Assembly (NCBI GenBank): GCA_049968235.1
Contig: JBMFRC010000005.1
Span: 1-64,000 of the forward strand
DNA length: 64,000 nucleotides
DNA from: Candidatus Hydrogenedens sp.
GTDB lineage: Bacteria; Hydrogenedentota; Hydrogenedentia; Hydrogenedentales; Hydrogenedentaceae
Reading direction: 5' to 3'
Shown: positions 1-7,670 of the stretch, one piece after another
How positions within the stretch are numbered: position 1 is the first letter of the stretch
Layout: every line of letters begins with the position of its first letter
The notes under the pieces: generated by a model
What the model saw: the letters and a program-made list of their open reading frames with translations, nothing else
What the model was told of the DNA's origin: nothing
The model's database searches: none
Translations under genes and position numbers: made by a program

Positions 1-1
1 C

Positions 2-118
2 GGTCCACAGGATTGGAAAATAGGTTTGTCTGAATTATTGCGGTTAATACAATTCTTCAATACAGGTGGTTATCACAGTTGCCCAGACAGCGAAGATGGC
101 TACTGTCCTGGATTATAG
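2..118 (+). CDS. 3' fragment (C-terminal 38 aa) of a secreted protein ending in a dockerin/EF-hand-like repeat (..DWKIGLSELLRLIQFFNTGGYHSCPDSEDGYCPGL*)
   Basis: Frame 2 is open from the window edge to TAG at 116-118. The tail is near-identical to the C-terminus of the 868-aa protein at 27690..30266 (IGFTELLRLIQIFNTGGYHYCPGESEDNFCPGL). Confidence 0.5.
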   Translation, partial: GPQDWKIGLSELLRLIQFFNTGGYHSCPDSEDGYCPGL

Positions 119-439
119 GAGAAGCAGTAGAAAAACAAAAGTTGATTTTAGTCACTTTGCAGGATGGTAGATAGAGTTACAATTATCATATGCGTATTAT
201 GAAAAGAAAGAAACAGAGACAGTTATTTAGTATAGAAGAACGCAGGTAAAAATGCCTGTACTCCATTCGTGCAAAAAATATTTCCCCCCTACATTTAGAA
301 TATTACGGGGGGAGGAATTTTTTGAATGGAGTTGTTTTTATGAATTTATGAAATATTGTATTGTATGATAAAATCGTTTTTGGATTAGTGGTTTTGTTGG
401 AATTAATATGAACATTTACAATATTGCGTGGGTAAACAA

Positions 440-847
440 TTATGCGGAGAGGGGAAATGGGTATGGAGAGGAATCGTTATCTTCAGGTTTAACTTTCCAT
501 ATATCAGGAGTCAGAGGAGGTAATCCGTAGGCAAGGCGTGCTTTATCACATTTTATTTCTGGATAGCCGTTTTTATAAGAAGGTTCTATTTCTCTGCATA
601 CAGATGGTCTTCGCCAATAAATTGTGCAGAAAACATGTTTCCCGATAGTTCCTAATAATGCAGTACAACGTGGATAGGGTTTGTTTGTTCCTTTCATAAC
701 ACAACGGAAATCATTGAGGTCTTCACATAATTCTTCGGGAACACCATCTGGTTTATATCTGCTTTGTTCTCTCCAGTAAAAAGAAACTCGGTAAAAAGCA
801 CAGCATGCACCACAAGTTAAACATGGATTTACCATATTTCCGTTCAT
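440..847 (-). CDS. YkgJ/UPF0153-family Cys-cluster protein (CxxCxxCC zinc/iron-chelating domain)
   Basis: N-terminal CLTCGACCAFYR motif (CxxCxxCC) plus further conserved Cys. The ORF is 135 aa. Confidence 0.55.
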   Translation of the reverse strand: MNGNMVNPCLTCGACCAFYRVSFYWREQSRYKPDGVPEELCEDLNDFRCVMKGTNKPYPRCTALLGTIGKHVFCTIYWRRPSVCREIEPSYKNGYPEIKCDKARLAYGLPPLTPDIWKVKPEDNDSSPYPFPLSA

Positions 848-909
848 GTCCTTATATTCGTATTCTCTCTCAAAACAAGAATATTTTGTATGGAATCAAT
901 ATCGGAGAT

Positions 910-1188
910 TTATTTTTTGTCTTTTCCCCAGATTGTATCTTTTTCTTTTTGTCTTTCTTCTTCTAATTTTTGTATTTCTTTACTCATTTCTGCTTTTATC
1001 ATTTCCAATTCTTCATAGGAAGAGGCGTTATTTAATTTGGATTCAAATGATATTTTTATTTCGGCAATTTTTGAATCGTATTTGCGATTTATTTCTGCAA
1101 TCTTTTCCTTTTGTTCCGGGGTTAACTTTTTTACTTCCCCGCTCATCTTATTCAGTCTTTCCATGGCTAATTCATAGGCACTTTTCAT
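910..1188 (-). CDS. hypothetical small coiled-coil protein (K/E-rich)
   Basis: 92-aa ORF with a charged heptad-like composition. A GGAGG-like sequence lies upstream. The antisense ORF at 846..1190 is low-complexity and was rejected. Confidence 0.4.
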   Translation of the reverse strand: MKSAYELAMERLNKMSGEVKKLTPEQKEKIAEINRKYDSKIAEIKISFESKLNNASSYEELEMIKAEMSKEIQKLEEERQKEKDTIWGKDKK

Positions 1189-1200
1189 AGTGTTCCCTCC

Positions 1201-1737
1201 TTAAAAAGAGAATTCATCGTCCAGTATTGAGGTAATAAATCGTTCTATTGAAATAGGATAATAACGGCTATCCGGTGTAATGAAGATACCTGTAGTAATA
1301 TCCTCTTTCCGTTCCAGTTCATCTAAACTATTTGATAATGCGGTATCAATATTTTCTTCCAGATGTTTGATTTCCAAAAATTCGGATTTGCATTCTACAG
1401 GTCGGTTCGGGAAACCTAAAAAGCCAAATATACGACCTGCAATTTCCATATTTACATTGTCTTCACCAAATAGGTCGCTATATTTAGTCTTATAGTAAGA
1501 GGGCGTGATAACAAATTGAGGTGATACATGAATTTTCCCACGAACGCATAAAGAGCGGTAACGGGCTTCTAATGCATCACCGAGGCAAATATAGGGCAAC
1601 TCATGATAACCCTTAATAATCCCATATCGGGGCTTCTTTATAATTACCGTCTCTGAGAAAATTCGATACATCTCTTCTCTATTTAGCGTCATAGTATTTC
1701 CCAGTACATAAGTTTGTGATAGCGTTTTAACCATCAA
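1201..1737 (-). CDS. hypothetical protein
   Basis: 178-aa ORF with no recognisable motif, in the same-strand cluster 440..5430. Confidence 0.4.
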   Translation of the reverse strand: MMVKTLSQTYVLGNTMTLNREEMYRIFSETVIIKKPRYGIIKGYHELPYICLGDALEARYRSLCVRGKIHVSPQFVITPSYYKTKYSDLFGEDNVNMEIAGRIFGFLGFPNRPVECKSEFLEIKHLEENIDTALSNSLDELERKEDITTGIFITPDSRYYPISIERFITSILDDEFSF

Positions 1738-1781
1738 TATTATCGTTTAATATTATAACGCTTGTGGGTTTATAATTTCTC

Positions 1782-2228
1782 TTAATTGTTACCCTGTCGT
1801 AAAGGCATACGGCTGTAAGATACAATTTCCACAGAACCTTTCCATTTGTTATAATGATATAAGATAGAAAGGGTATCCCCTGTATTTATATGTGAACAAA
1901 ATTCATCTTCCAGTGAAATTTCTTTCTGCACTTTTCGTCCGTTACGCATCGGAAATTCAACAATAAGCTGACACCCTATTTTATCTGAGCCGGGTAGGTT
2001 GTGTTCCTGCCCAACTATAATCGTTTTATTAATAACACTTCCTTCTGTGTAGATGAGTTTTTTTTCGGAGTTTTGTTGGTTCAGAAAAAGTCCGGAGAAA
2101 AGAAAAAGAGCCGTGCAAAGTACAAATAAAAAAAAGAAAATATTCCTTTTTTTGTATAGACGAGGTCCTGTTATCGGATGAAGGACTTCGCTTTGTATAT
2201 ATCCTGTTCTTTTATACTTTATGCCCAT
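1782..2228 (-). CDS. hypothetical membrane-anchored protein (single N-terminal TM; DUF3592-like architecture)
   Basis: Hydrophobic stretch FFFLFVLCTALFLFSGLFL followed by a soluble domain. Confidence 0.4.
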   Translation of the reverse strand: MGIKYKRTGYIQSEVLHPITGPRLYKKRNIFFFLFVLCTALFLFSGLFLNQQNSEKKLIYTEGSVINKTIIVGQEHNLPGSDKIGCQLIVEFPMRNGRKVQKEISLEDEFCSHINTGDTLSILYHYNKWKGSVEIVSYSRMPLRQGNN

Positions 2229-2261
2229 AAATAATTTCTTGTTTATGGATTATAGGTGTAA

Positions 2262-4067
2262 TCATTTTATATCTTTCAGAATCATTATATTTCCATTATA
2301 CTTTACAGGTAACAGCCAGAGGATATTCTTTTCGTGGAAGAATTTTTTCCAGTCGGAAAGGTCCTTATTGGGCAGAAATTCTAAAGGCTCTCTATTTAAT
2401 ATTAGGAGTCGAATATAGGTTTGTAGTTCTTTATCTCTCGTTTCCCAGAGTTCAGGAATAGGTTTATATATCATTTTTGCCAATTGGATACCTTTTTGTA
2501 TGCCTATGAGTGTTTGTATAAGGAGATTGGCTGTTTGCATATCACGATTTAAAGAATCTGTGAAAGATGGAGCCGGAAGTAAATCCCCCGGAATTTTCCA
2601 GAGGCAAAGGTTATCCATACTCCATGTAAACACATCCCATTGTTCACTTAAAAAATCTTTTTTCTCTGTAAAATTCATATTATTTGATAAAGCATAAACA
2701 ATAGAAATGAAATAAGCGGTTTGTGATATATCCATCCAATACTCTGGACATGCAGAAGTTCCATCAGGATAGACCCATAATGGGAAAGTTTGTTTCGCTG
2801 AAAGTTTCCGTTTCTTACCAACCTGATGCCAGAAAGAAATAAGTTTTTTGGAAAAGTCATACATGTCCATATTGTTCATAGATTGAATCAAGAAGTAACA
2901 ATCGTGTAATGAAATGCGATTTCCCCAAACAGGGTCAAAGGGATTTGTTAATATTGCTCCGGTTGTAGGGTCTGTGCATAATGTAATTTGTAACCAGTTT
3001 TTTGCAAAATTTTCTTTTATATCCTTCTTCGCTATTTCCCATCTGGATTTCCAGCAGGAAAATAAGGTTTCTTTCATCTGATTGTAATTTGTTGTTTTTA
3101 GCCATTGAACGGATTCTTCCATTTCTGAATAGTTGTGGGTAAAGATATAGAAAAAGGTTACTTCTTTTGTATTATCTATTGTCACGCTGGGTTGTATAAT
3201 TAAAGATGAACAATAATCATCGAATATATGGAAAGTTGTTGGGAAATTCTGTTTTGTGGTATTAGATAAGTCATTTGGGGTTATGGGATAATTTAGTATA
3301 TTTGCCCCTTTAACGGGATTTGTAGAGCAAATTCCAATATATACCCCTTCTTCAAATCTCTGCCAAAATTTTTTTGATATATTTGAAGTTTCCTTTATTT
3401 GCTCGAGTTTATATACATCAGAGTTCCCTGCATTATAGGGGCGAAAATGTATGAGTGTTTGTAATGTCATATCCCAGAACACACAAAAATCTTTCTGAAA
3501 ACCTTTCGGGTCGTTCAAGAAAGCATTTTCAATAATAGGCGGAGATTTAGGAGAAATATTTTGGTACGATATAAAATTTTCTGTTACATCTTTTTGTGTG
3601 TTTTTATTAAAACGGAAATGGATACAAATAATATCCCTGGAAGGATGAACAAACATTTCCTGTTTCCATGTTATATCATTATTTTTTGTTGTTCCTTCAA
3701 ATTCGAGCAAGGGAATCTCAGGTGATACATACTTTCCCGTGATATTTAAGTTCCCTTGCTCTGTAAGTGAGTAAATAGAATCCTGTATTTGCAACATATA
3801 TGTAGAAGAATCTATAAAAGGCTTTTTATCTTCTTTTTGCGGGACAGAACGATAGAGTGGTCCGAAATGATTACTACCTCCAATTCCACTCCATCTTGCA
3901 AAAGAAATATTTCCATCTGATTTTATGCCCACAAGCATATTCCCATTCCCAATCAGAAATTGAGTATCCGTTTTCGGAATTTCAGGGTAAGATGGTATAT
4001 GAATTATCACCACGATAAGCAAAATGTAGGGGTAATATTTTTTACTTTTCATTAACGAATCCCCCAC
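2262..4067 (-). CDS. hypothetical secreted protein (N-terminal signal/anchor; possibly an alpha/alpha-barrel glycosidase-like fold)
   Basis: 601 aa with hydrophobic N-terminus YILLIVVIIHIPSYP. W/Y-rich, with no catalytic motif I can assign confidently. Confidence 0.45.
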   Translation of the reverse strand: MGDSLMKSKKYYPYILLIVVIIHIPSYPEIPKTDTQFLIGNGNMLVGIKSDGNISFARWSGIGGSNHFGPLYRSVPQKEDKKPFIDSSTYMLQIQDSIYSLTEQGNLNITGKYVSPEIPLLEFEGTTKNNDITWKQEMFVHPSRDIICIHFRFNKNTQKDVTENFISYQNISPKSPPIIENAFLNDPKGFQKDFCVFWDMTLQTLIHFRPYNAGNSDVYKLEQIKETSNISKKFWQRFEEGVYIGICSTNPVKGANILNYPITPNDLSNTTKQNFPTTFHIFDDYCSSLIIQPSVTIDNTKEVTFFYIFTHNYSEMEESVQWLKTTNYNQMKETLFSCWKSRWEIAKKDIKENFAKNWLQITLCTDPTTGAILTNPFDPVWGNRISLHDCYFLIQSMNNMDMYDFSKKLISFWHQVGKKRKLSAKQTFPLWVYPDGTSACPEYWMDISQTAYFISIVYALSNNMNFTEKKDFLSEQWDVFTWSMDNLCLWKIPGDLLPAPSFTDSLNRDMQTANLLIQTLIGIQKGIQLAKMIYKPIPELWETRDKELQTYIRLLILNREPLEFLPNKDLSDWKKFFHEKNILWLLPVKYNGNIMILKDIK

Positions 4068-5430
4068 GAATCATGAAATAGGTTTCTTGTTTATTTTCAA
4101 CAGGGCGAATAGTCAGTTTAAGAGTTCCTATTTCTTTTAGGAATTGTTTCCATGGTGAGAAAATCGCAGACATATCTCTTTCATTAATGCCGTTTAACAA
4201 TTCCTGTTTTGCGCACCAGAGAAAGATTTTTTCTATGTCCTCACTAATTTGTGGTATATTGATACTTATTATGTGAGATGTTTCTAAATCTTTTCTATTT
4301 TCATGAAGTTGGGTTATTATTTCTGCCAGAAAAGGTTCCTGAGTGCAAATAATCCATCCTTCTTTATAATAAACGAGAGAAAAACAAAAAGCATTGTTCC
4401 ACGCAGGAACGACATATCCCTCGAAAGAATTCCATTGGTGTGGATAAAATGGCAAATCTAAATCGAGTTCTGATAAGAGTCGCTTAATATCATTACTTTT
4501 ATAAGGGACCCAGAAACCAAAGATAGGAATAGGATTCAAAAATTTGTCTGACATACCCGAATAAAGAAAGACTCCTTTATTTAAAAGTCCTTTATCTCTA
4601 AATTGTAAATATAATTTTTCAGGAAAAGTGTCTTTAAAAGAAGATAAAAATATTAAAACAGGGTTTAAGGCTTTTGGGGGTATAAATGACAAAAGGGTAT
4701 TTTTTAATGAGTTCTCTAAGAGTATATCCTTTAACGGACTACACAAAAGAATGGATGAAATATTAGAATTAGAAAAATCCGAAAAAGGATTAATGTAATC
4801 TTCTGTTCTTCTATTATTAATATGCCCCTCGACAAACAAATTGTTTTCGGAATGAACTGAAAGGGATACTTTAACTTTTTCCCCTAATTCTATATAAGCC
4901 ATATAATTGTTTATACTTAACGGTTTTCTGGAACAAGGGACAACCTGATTTAGAATCGTATCTTTATTACTAATTAAAAGTTCATTCCCTTTCCATATGC
5001 AGTAATATTCTCTGTTATCAATAATATTGTTAGACATATTCCATAAAGATAAAAGAAACAATCGAAATAATCGTCCCGGTTTGATAGATACCAGATAATC
5101 TCCCTGTTTATTCCAACTGATGAGTAAAGGTTTTCCCACCCATAAATACCAGCGGAATGGAGTAGGTCTTATACCCCATTTTTTCCTAAAAAATAGTTCC
5201 ATATTATATAAATATTCAAAAAGATATTTACTTGCAGAGATAGTTATTGGCTGTTTCTTTACAGAACTCCAGAAATAAGGAAAATCTGGAAAATATATGG
5301 ATAAATTGGTATCCTGAATTACATACCCATGAAAACCCTGTTCAGGAGTTAGTATAAAAAAGATAAACCCTATGATACAAAAAGATAGAAAAATAATGAA
5401 TATTAAAAACTTTTTATATCTTCGTTTCAT
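4042..5430 (-). CDS. hypothetical membrane-anchored protein
   Basis: 462 aa with an N-terminal TM (FLIFIIFLSFCIIGFIFFIL). It overlaps the downstream gene by 26 bp, which suggests an operon. Confidence 0.45.
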   Translation of the reverse strand: MKRRYKKFLIFIIFLSFCIIGFIFFILTPEQGFHGYVIQDTNLSIYFPDFPYFWSSVKKQPITISASKYLFEYLYNMELFFRKKWGIRPTPFRWYLWVGKPLLISWNKQGDYLVSIKPGRLFRLFLLSLWNMSNNIIDNREYYCIWKGNELLISNKDTILNQVVPCSRKPLSINNYMAYIELGEKVKVSLSVHSENNLFVEGHINNRRTEDYINPFSDFSNSNISSILLCSPLKDILLENSLKNTLLSFIPPKALNPVLIFLSSFKDTFPEKLYLQFRDKGLLNKGVFLYSGMSDKFLNPIPIFGFWVPYKSNDIKRLLSELDLDLPFYPHQWNSFEGYVVPAWNNAFCFSLVYYKEGWIICTQEPFLAEIITQLHENRKDLETSHIISINIPQISEDIEKIFLWCAKQELLNGINERDMSAIFSPWKQFLKEIGTLKLTIRPVENKQETYFMIRGGFVNEK

Positions 5431-5594
5431 TTCATTTTCTTATTGCACCTTGAAATTTAATTAAGTCCGAATATTTGATATAATAAAGCATATCTTATCA
5501 TCAAAAGAAAAATTGTTGGGCAATTTTTGGGTTTGTATTCTTTAAATAATTATATAACAACAACTTATGTTCTTGTAAAAAAATAGATTTAAAT

Positions 5595-5621
5595 TAAAGA
5601 AAAATTTTATTTTGCCGATAA
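5595..5621 (+). promoter_or_regulatory. sigma-28 (FliA) class-3 flagellar promoter: TAAAGAAA-N11-GCCGATAA
   Basis: TAAAGAAA at 5595-5602, an 11-nt spacer, then GCCGATAA at 5614-5621. This matches the consensus TAAAGTTT-N11-GCCGATAA and lies about 45 bp upstream of the flgM ATG. Confidence 0.55.
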
Positions 5622-5666
5622 GATATATGTAAAATAGAAAACAATACAGATTTGGAGGAAAGTGAA

Positions 5667-5987
5667 ATGGTTGGAATTCAGAGTGTCGGCGGAATACCGG
5701 AACCGGTCCCGGAAAAACCGACGAAAGTAAAAAGTGACCGCGATAGCGGTGTTAAAGATATACGAGGCTCCGGGAAAGTAGATACATTAAAAGAAGACCA
5801 GGTAGTTATCAGTTCTGAGGCACAAGCAGCAGCAGAACTATCGCGGTTAATACAAATCAGTAAAGAGCAGGAAACCGTTCGACCAGAGAAAGTCGAAGAA
5901 GCAAAACAGCATTTAGAACGCGGGGATTATAAAAAAACAGAAGTAGTTCAGAAAATAGCAGAGAGAATTTTGAAAATATTGAGATAA
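5667..5987 (+). CDS. flgM: anti-sigma-28 factor FlgM
   Basis: The C-terminal region VRPEKVEEAKQHLERGDYKKTEVVQKIAERILKIL matches the FlgM signature (...KV..lK.aI..G.Y.vD..kiA..ll). It is small (106 aa) with a disordered N-terminus. RBS GGAGGAA is at 5655-5661. The ORF track's TTG at 5652 is less likely than the ATG at 5667. Confidence 0.6.
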   Translation: MVGIQSVGGIPEPVPEKPTKVKSDRDSGVKDIRGSGKVDTLKEDQVVISSEAQAAAELSRLIQISKEQETVRPEKVEEAKQHLERGDYKKTEVVQKIAERILKILR

Positions 5988-6011
5988 CATATACTTAAAC
6001 TTGCTATTCTC

Positions 6012-6050
6012 AACGGCGTATGTTTTTCAACATACGCCGTTTATTTTTTT
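6012..6050 (+). terminator. rho-independent terminator after flgM
   Basis: Stem ACGGCGTATG (6013-6022) pairs with CATACGCCGT (6031-6040), followed by TTATTTTTTT. Confidence 0.6.
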
Positions 6051-6122
6051 GATATTTACGGAAACATTGTATATACAAAAATCGTTTTTCATGATAGAAT
6101 ATTAAAATAAAGGAATATTGAT

Positions 6123-6857
6123 ATGAGATTATTTAGCATCACTTTATTATTTGCTCCCCTTATTCTTTCAAGTTGTGGAGTAGAATTGCTTACAACGACA
6201 GCCATTCAAGGAGAATTACAGGCACAACAACTAAAAAGTATGCAAAGACAGGTTCAAGGTATTGCTGACCAAACAGGTAAGATAAACTTAGAACGGGCTA
6301 TTCAAACCTTTCGTGCAGAAAATGGTAGATACCCGACATCGCTAAACGAATTAGTTCCCCAATATTTACCTTCATTGCCTTCTCCTTCCGGGAATAGTGC
6401 ATATAGTTTTGACCCGATAACAGGACAGATAATTACGGTTCCCTCAAGTATCCCGTCTGAAGATATCCGCAAGATGGAGCAGGTAAAATATGCAATTGCC
6501 CAATATGCACAGGCAACAGGTTATTACCCGGCAACATTGGACAGTCTCTATCCCTCTTATTTAAGTTTTCTTCCACGAACAAATGATGGACAGTTTTTTG
6601 TTTACAATGCACAAACGGGAAGTGTTTCTCATCCATTGCTTGCGGGGGCACAAACTTCTCAAACAACGACTCCCGGAGCACCCGCAGGTTCATATCCTAT
6701 GAACTCTGTTACAGGGGGAATGGTGGTTCAACAGCAACTCAATGGTATGACAAATTCCTCAGGTGCTGTAGGTTCTTATTCCCGCCAGAGTGTGCAACAT
6801 ATTCAGAATGATTATTCTAACAAACAAAATAAAGTTATGGATGATTTAGGGTTATAA
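6123..6857 (+). CDS. lipoprotein with two tandem GspG-like (type II secretion pseudopilin) globular motifs
   Basis: Lipobox LILSSC. The repeats are AIQTFRAENGRYPTSLNELVPQYLPSLP and AIAQYAQATGYYPATLDSLYPSYLSFLP. These resemble the GspG motif ...dnGrYPtteqGL.aLv..P. Confidence 0.5.
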   Translation: MRLFSITLLFAPLILSSCGVELLTTTAIQGELQAQQLKSMQRQVQGIADQTGKINLERAIQTFRAENGRYPTSLNELVPQYLPSLPSPSGNSAYSFDPITGQIITVPSSIPSEDIRKMEQVKYAIAQYAQATGYYPATLDSLYPSYLSFLPRTNDGQFFVYNAQTGSVSHPLLAGAQTSQTTTPGAPAGSYPMNSVTGGMVVQQQLNGMTNSSGAVGSYSRQSVQHIQNDYSNKQNKVMDDLGL

Positions 6858-6900
6858 GTAAGTCTGGGAAAGTGGTTTTTGAGCGTATTTGTAAAGACCT

Positions 6901-7614
6901 TTATAAAACTAAGGCACGCAAGATTCGAAGTTTCATTCCTTTATATGCTGTCCCTGTATTATGAAATGTAATACCTTTATAGCGGAAATTCCTTAATGGA
7001 ACATGGGTGTGACCAAAATATACCTCACTGATACCTGCATCTGTTCCAAGTTCCAGTTCATTTAGATACCAGAGTAAATTTCGAGCAGTTCTTCGATTTC
7101 GGAAGTAAATATGAGATATAGCTACATGTGTTCTCATGCTTACCGCTACATCATAAACCTGATTAACAAAGGAATTTCTCCGCAATGGTTTGCGTTCCCA
7201 ACGGTTCCGGTATTTTGTCAACTGGCTTTGGTTCATTTTGCGAATGGAAACATCACCATGAAGAAAAACAATCTTTCCTACTCTTAGATAATAGGGATGC
7301 CATGAGAAATTAGGGACTTCTTTTTCCATTTGAGTTAATAACTGGCAAAATTCACGACGATGGTCATGATTCCCTAAATTGAGATGAATATGACATTGAG
7401 GATATTTTTCTGCAAGTGTTTTTAAGAAATCGATAGATTTCTGAAAAATTTGTTCATTGGATTTTTCATTAACCCAGTGAAAATCAAAAGTATCTCCGTT
7501 AAAAACAAATATATCGGAAGATTGTAAGGCTTCCTCCACCGCATACAATTTTGCTTCCCAATTAGAGCGAGAACAAAATATATGTAAATCCGAAACAACG
7601 GAAATTCTTTTCAT
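6901..7614 (-). CDS. calcineurin-like metallophosphoesterase
   Basis: Motifs VVSDLH, NGDTFD, LGNHDH and GHTH are present in canonical order. Confidence 0.65.
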   Translation of the reverse strand: MKRISVVSDLHIFCSRSNWEAKLYAVEEALQSSDIFVFNGDTFDFHWVNEKSNEQIFQKSIDFLKTLAEKYPQCHIHLNLGNHDHRREFCQLLTQMEKEVPNFSWHPYYLRVGKIVFLHGDVSIRKMNQSQLTKYRNRWERKPLRRNSFVNQVYDVAVSMRTHVAISHIYFRNRRTARNLLWYLNELELGTDAGISEVYFGHTHVPLRNFRYKGITFHNTGTAYKGMKLRILRALVL

Positions 7615-7670
7615 GGAAGATTTACTTTTTTGTATGATATATTTTCTATGTTATATTTAAAAGGTATCCT

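Noticed and set aside
846-1190. 114-aa + strand ORF overlapping the 92-aa minus-strand ORF
   Set aside because: Its F/L-rich low-complexity translation comes from AT-rich antisense sequence. The minus-strand coiled-coil ORF has protein-like composition, so I chose that one, tentatively.
6433-6693. 86-aa minus-strand ORF inside the GspG-like lipoprotein gene
   Set aside because: Antisense to a well-supported + strand CDS, with no RBS and no motif.
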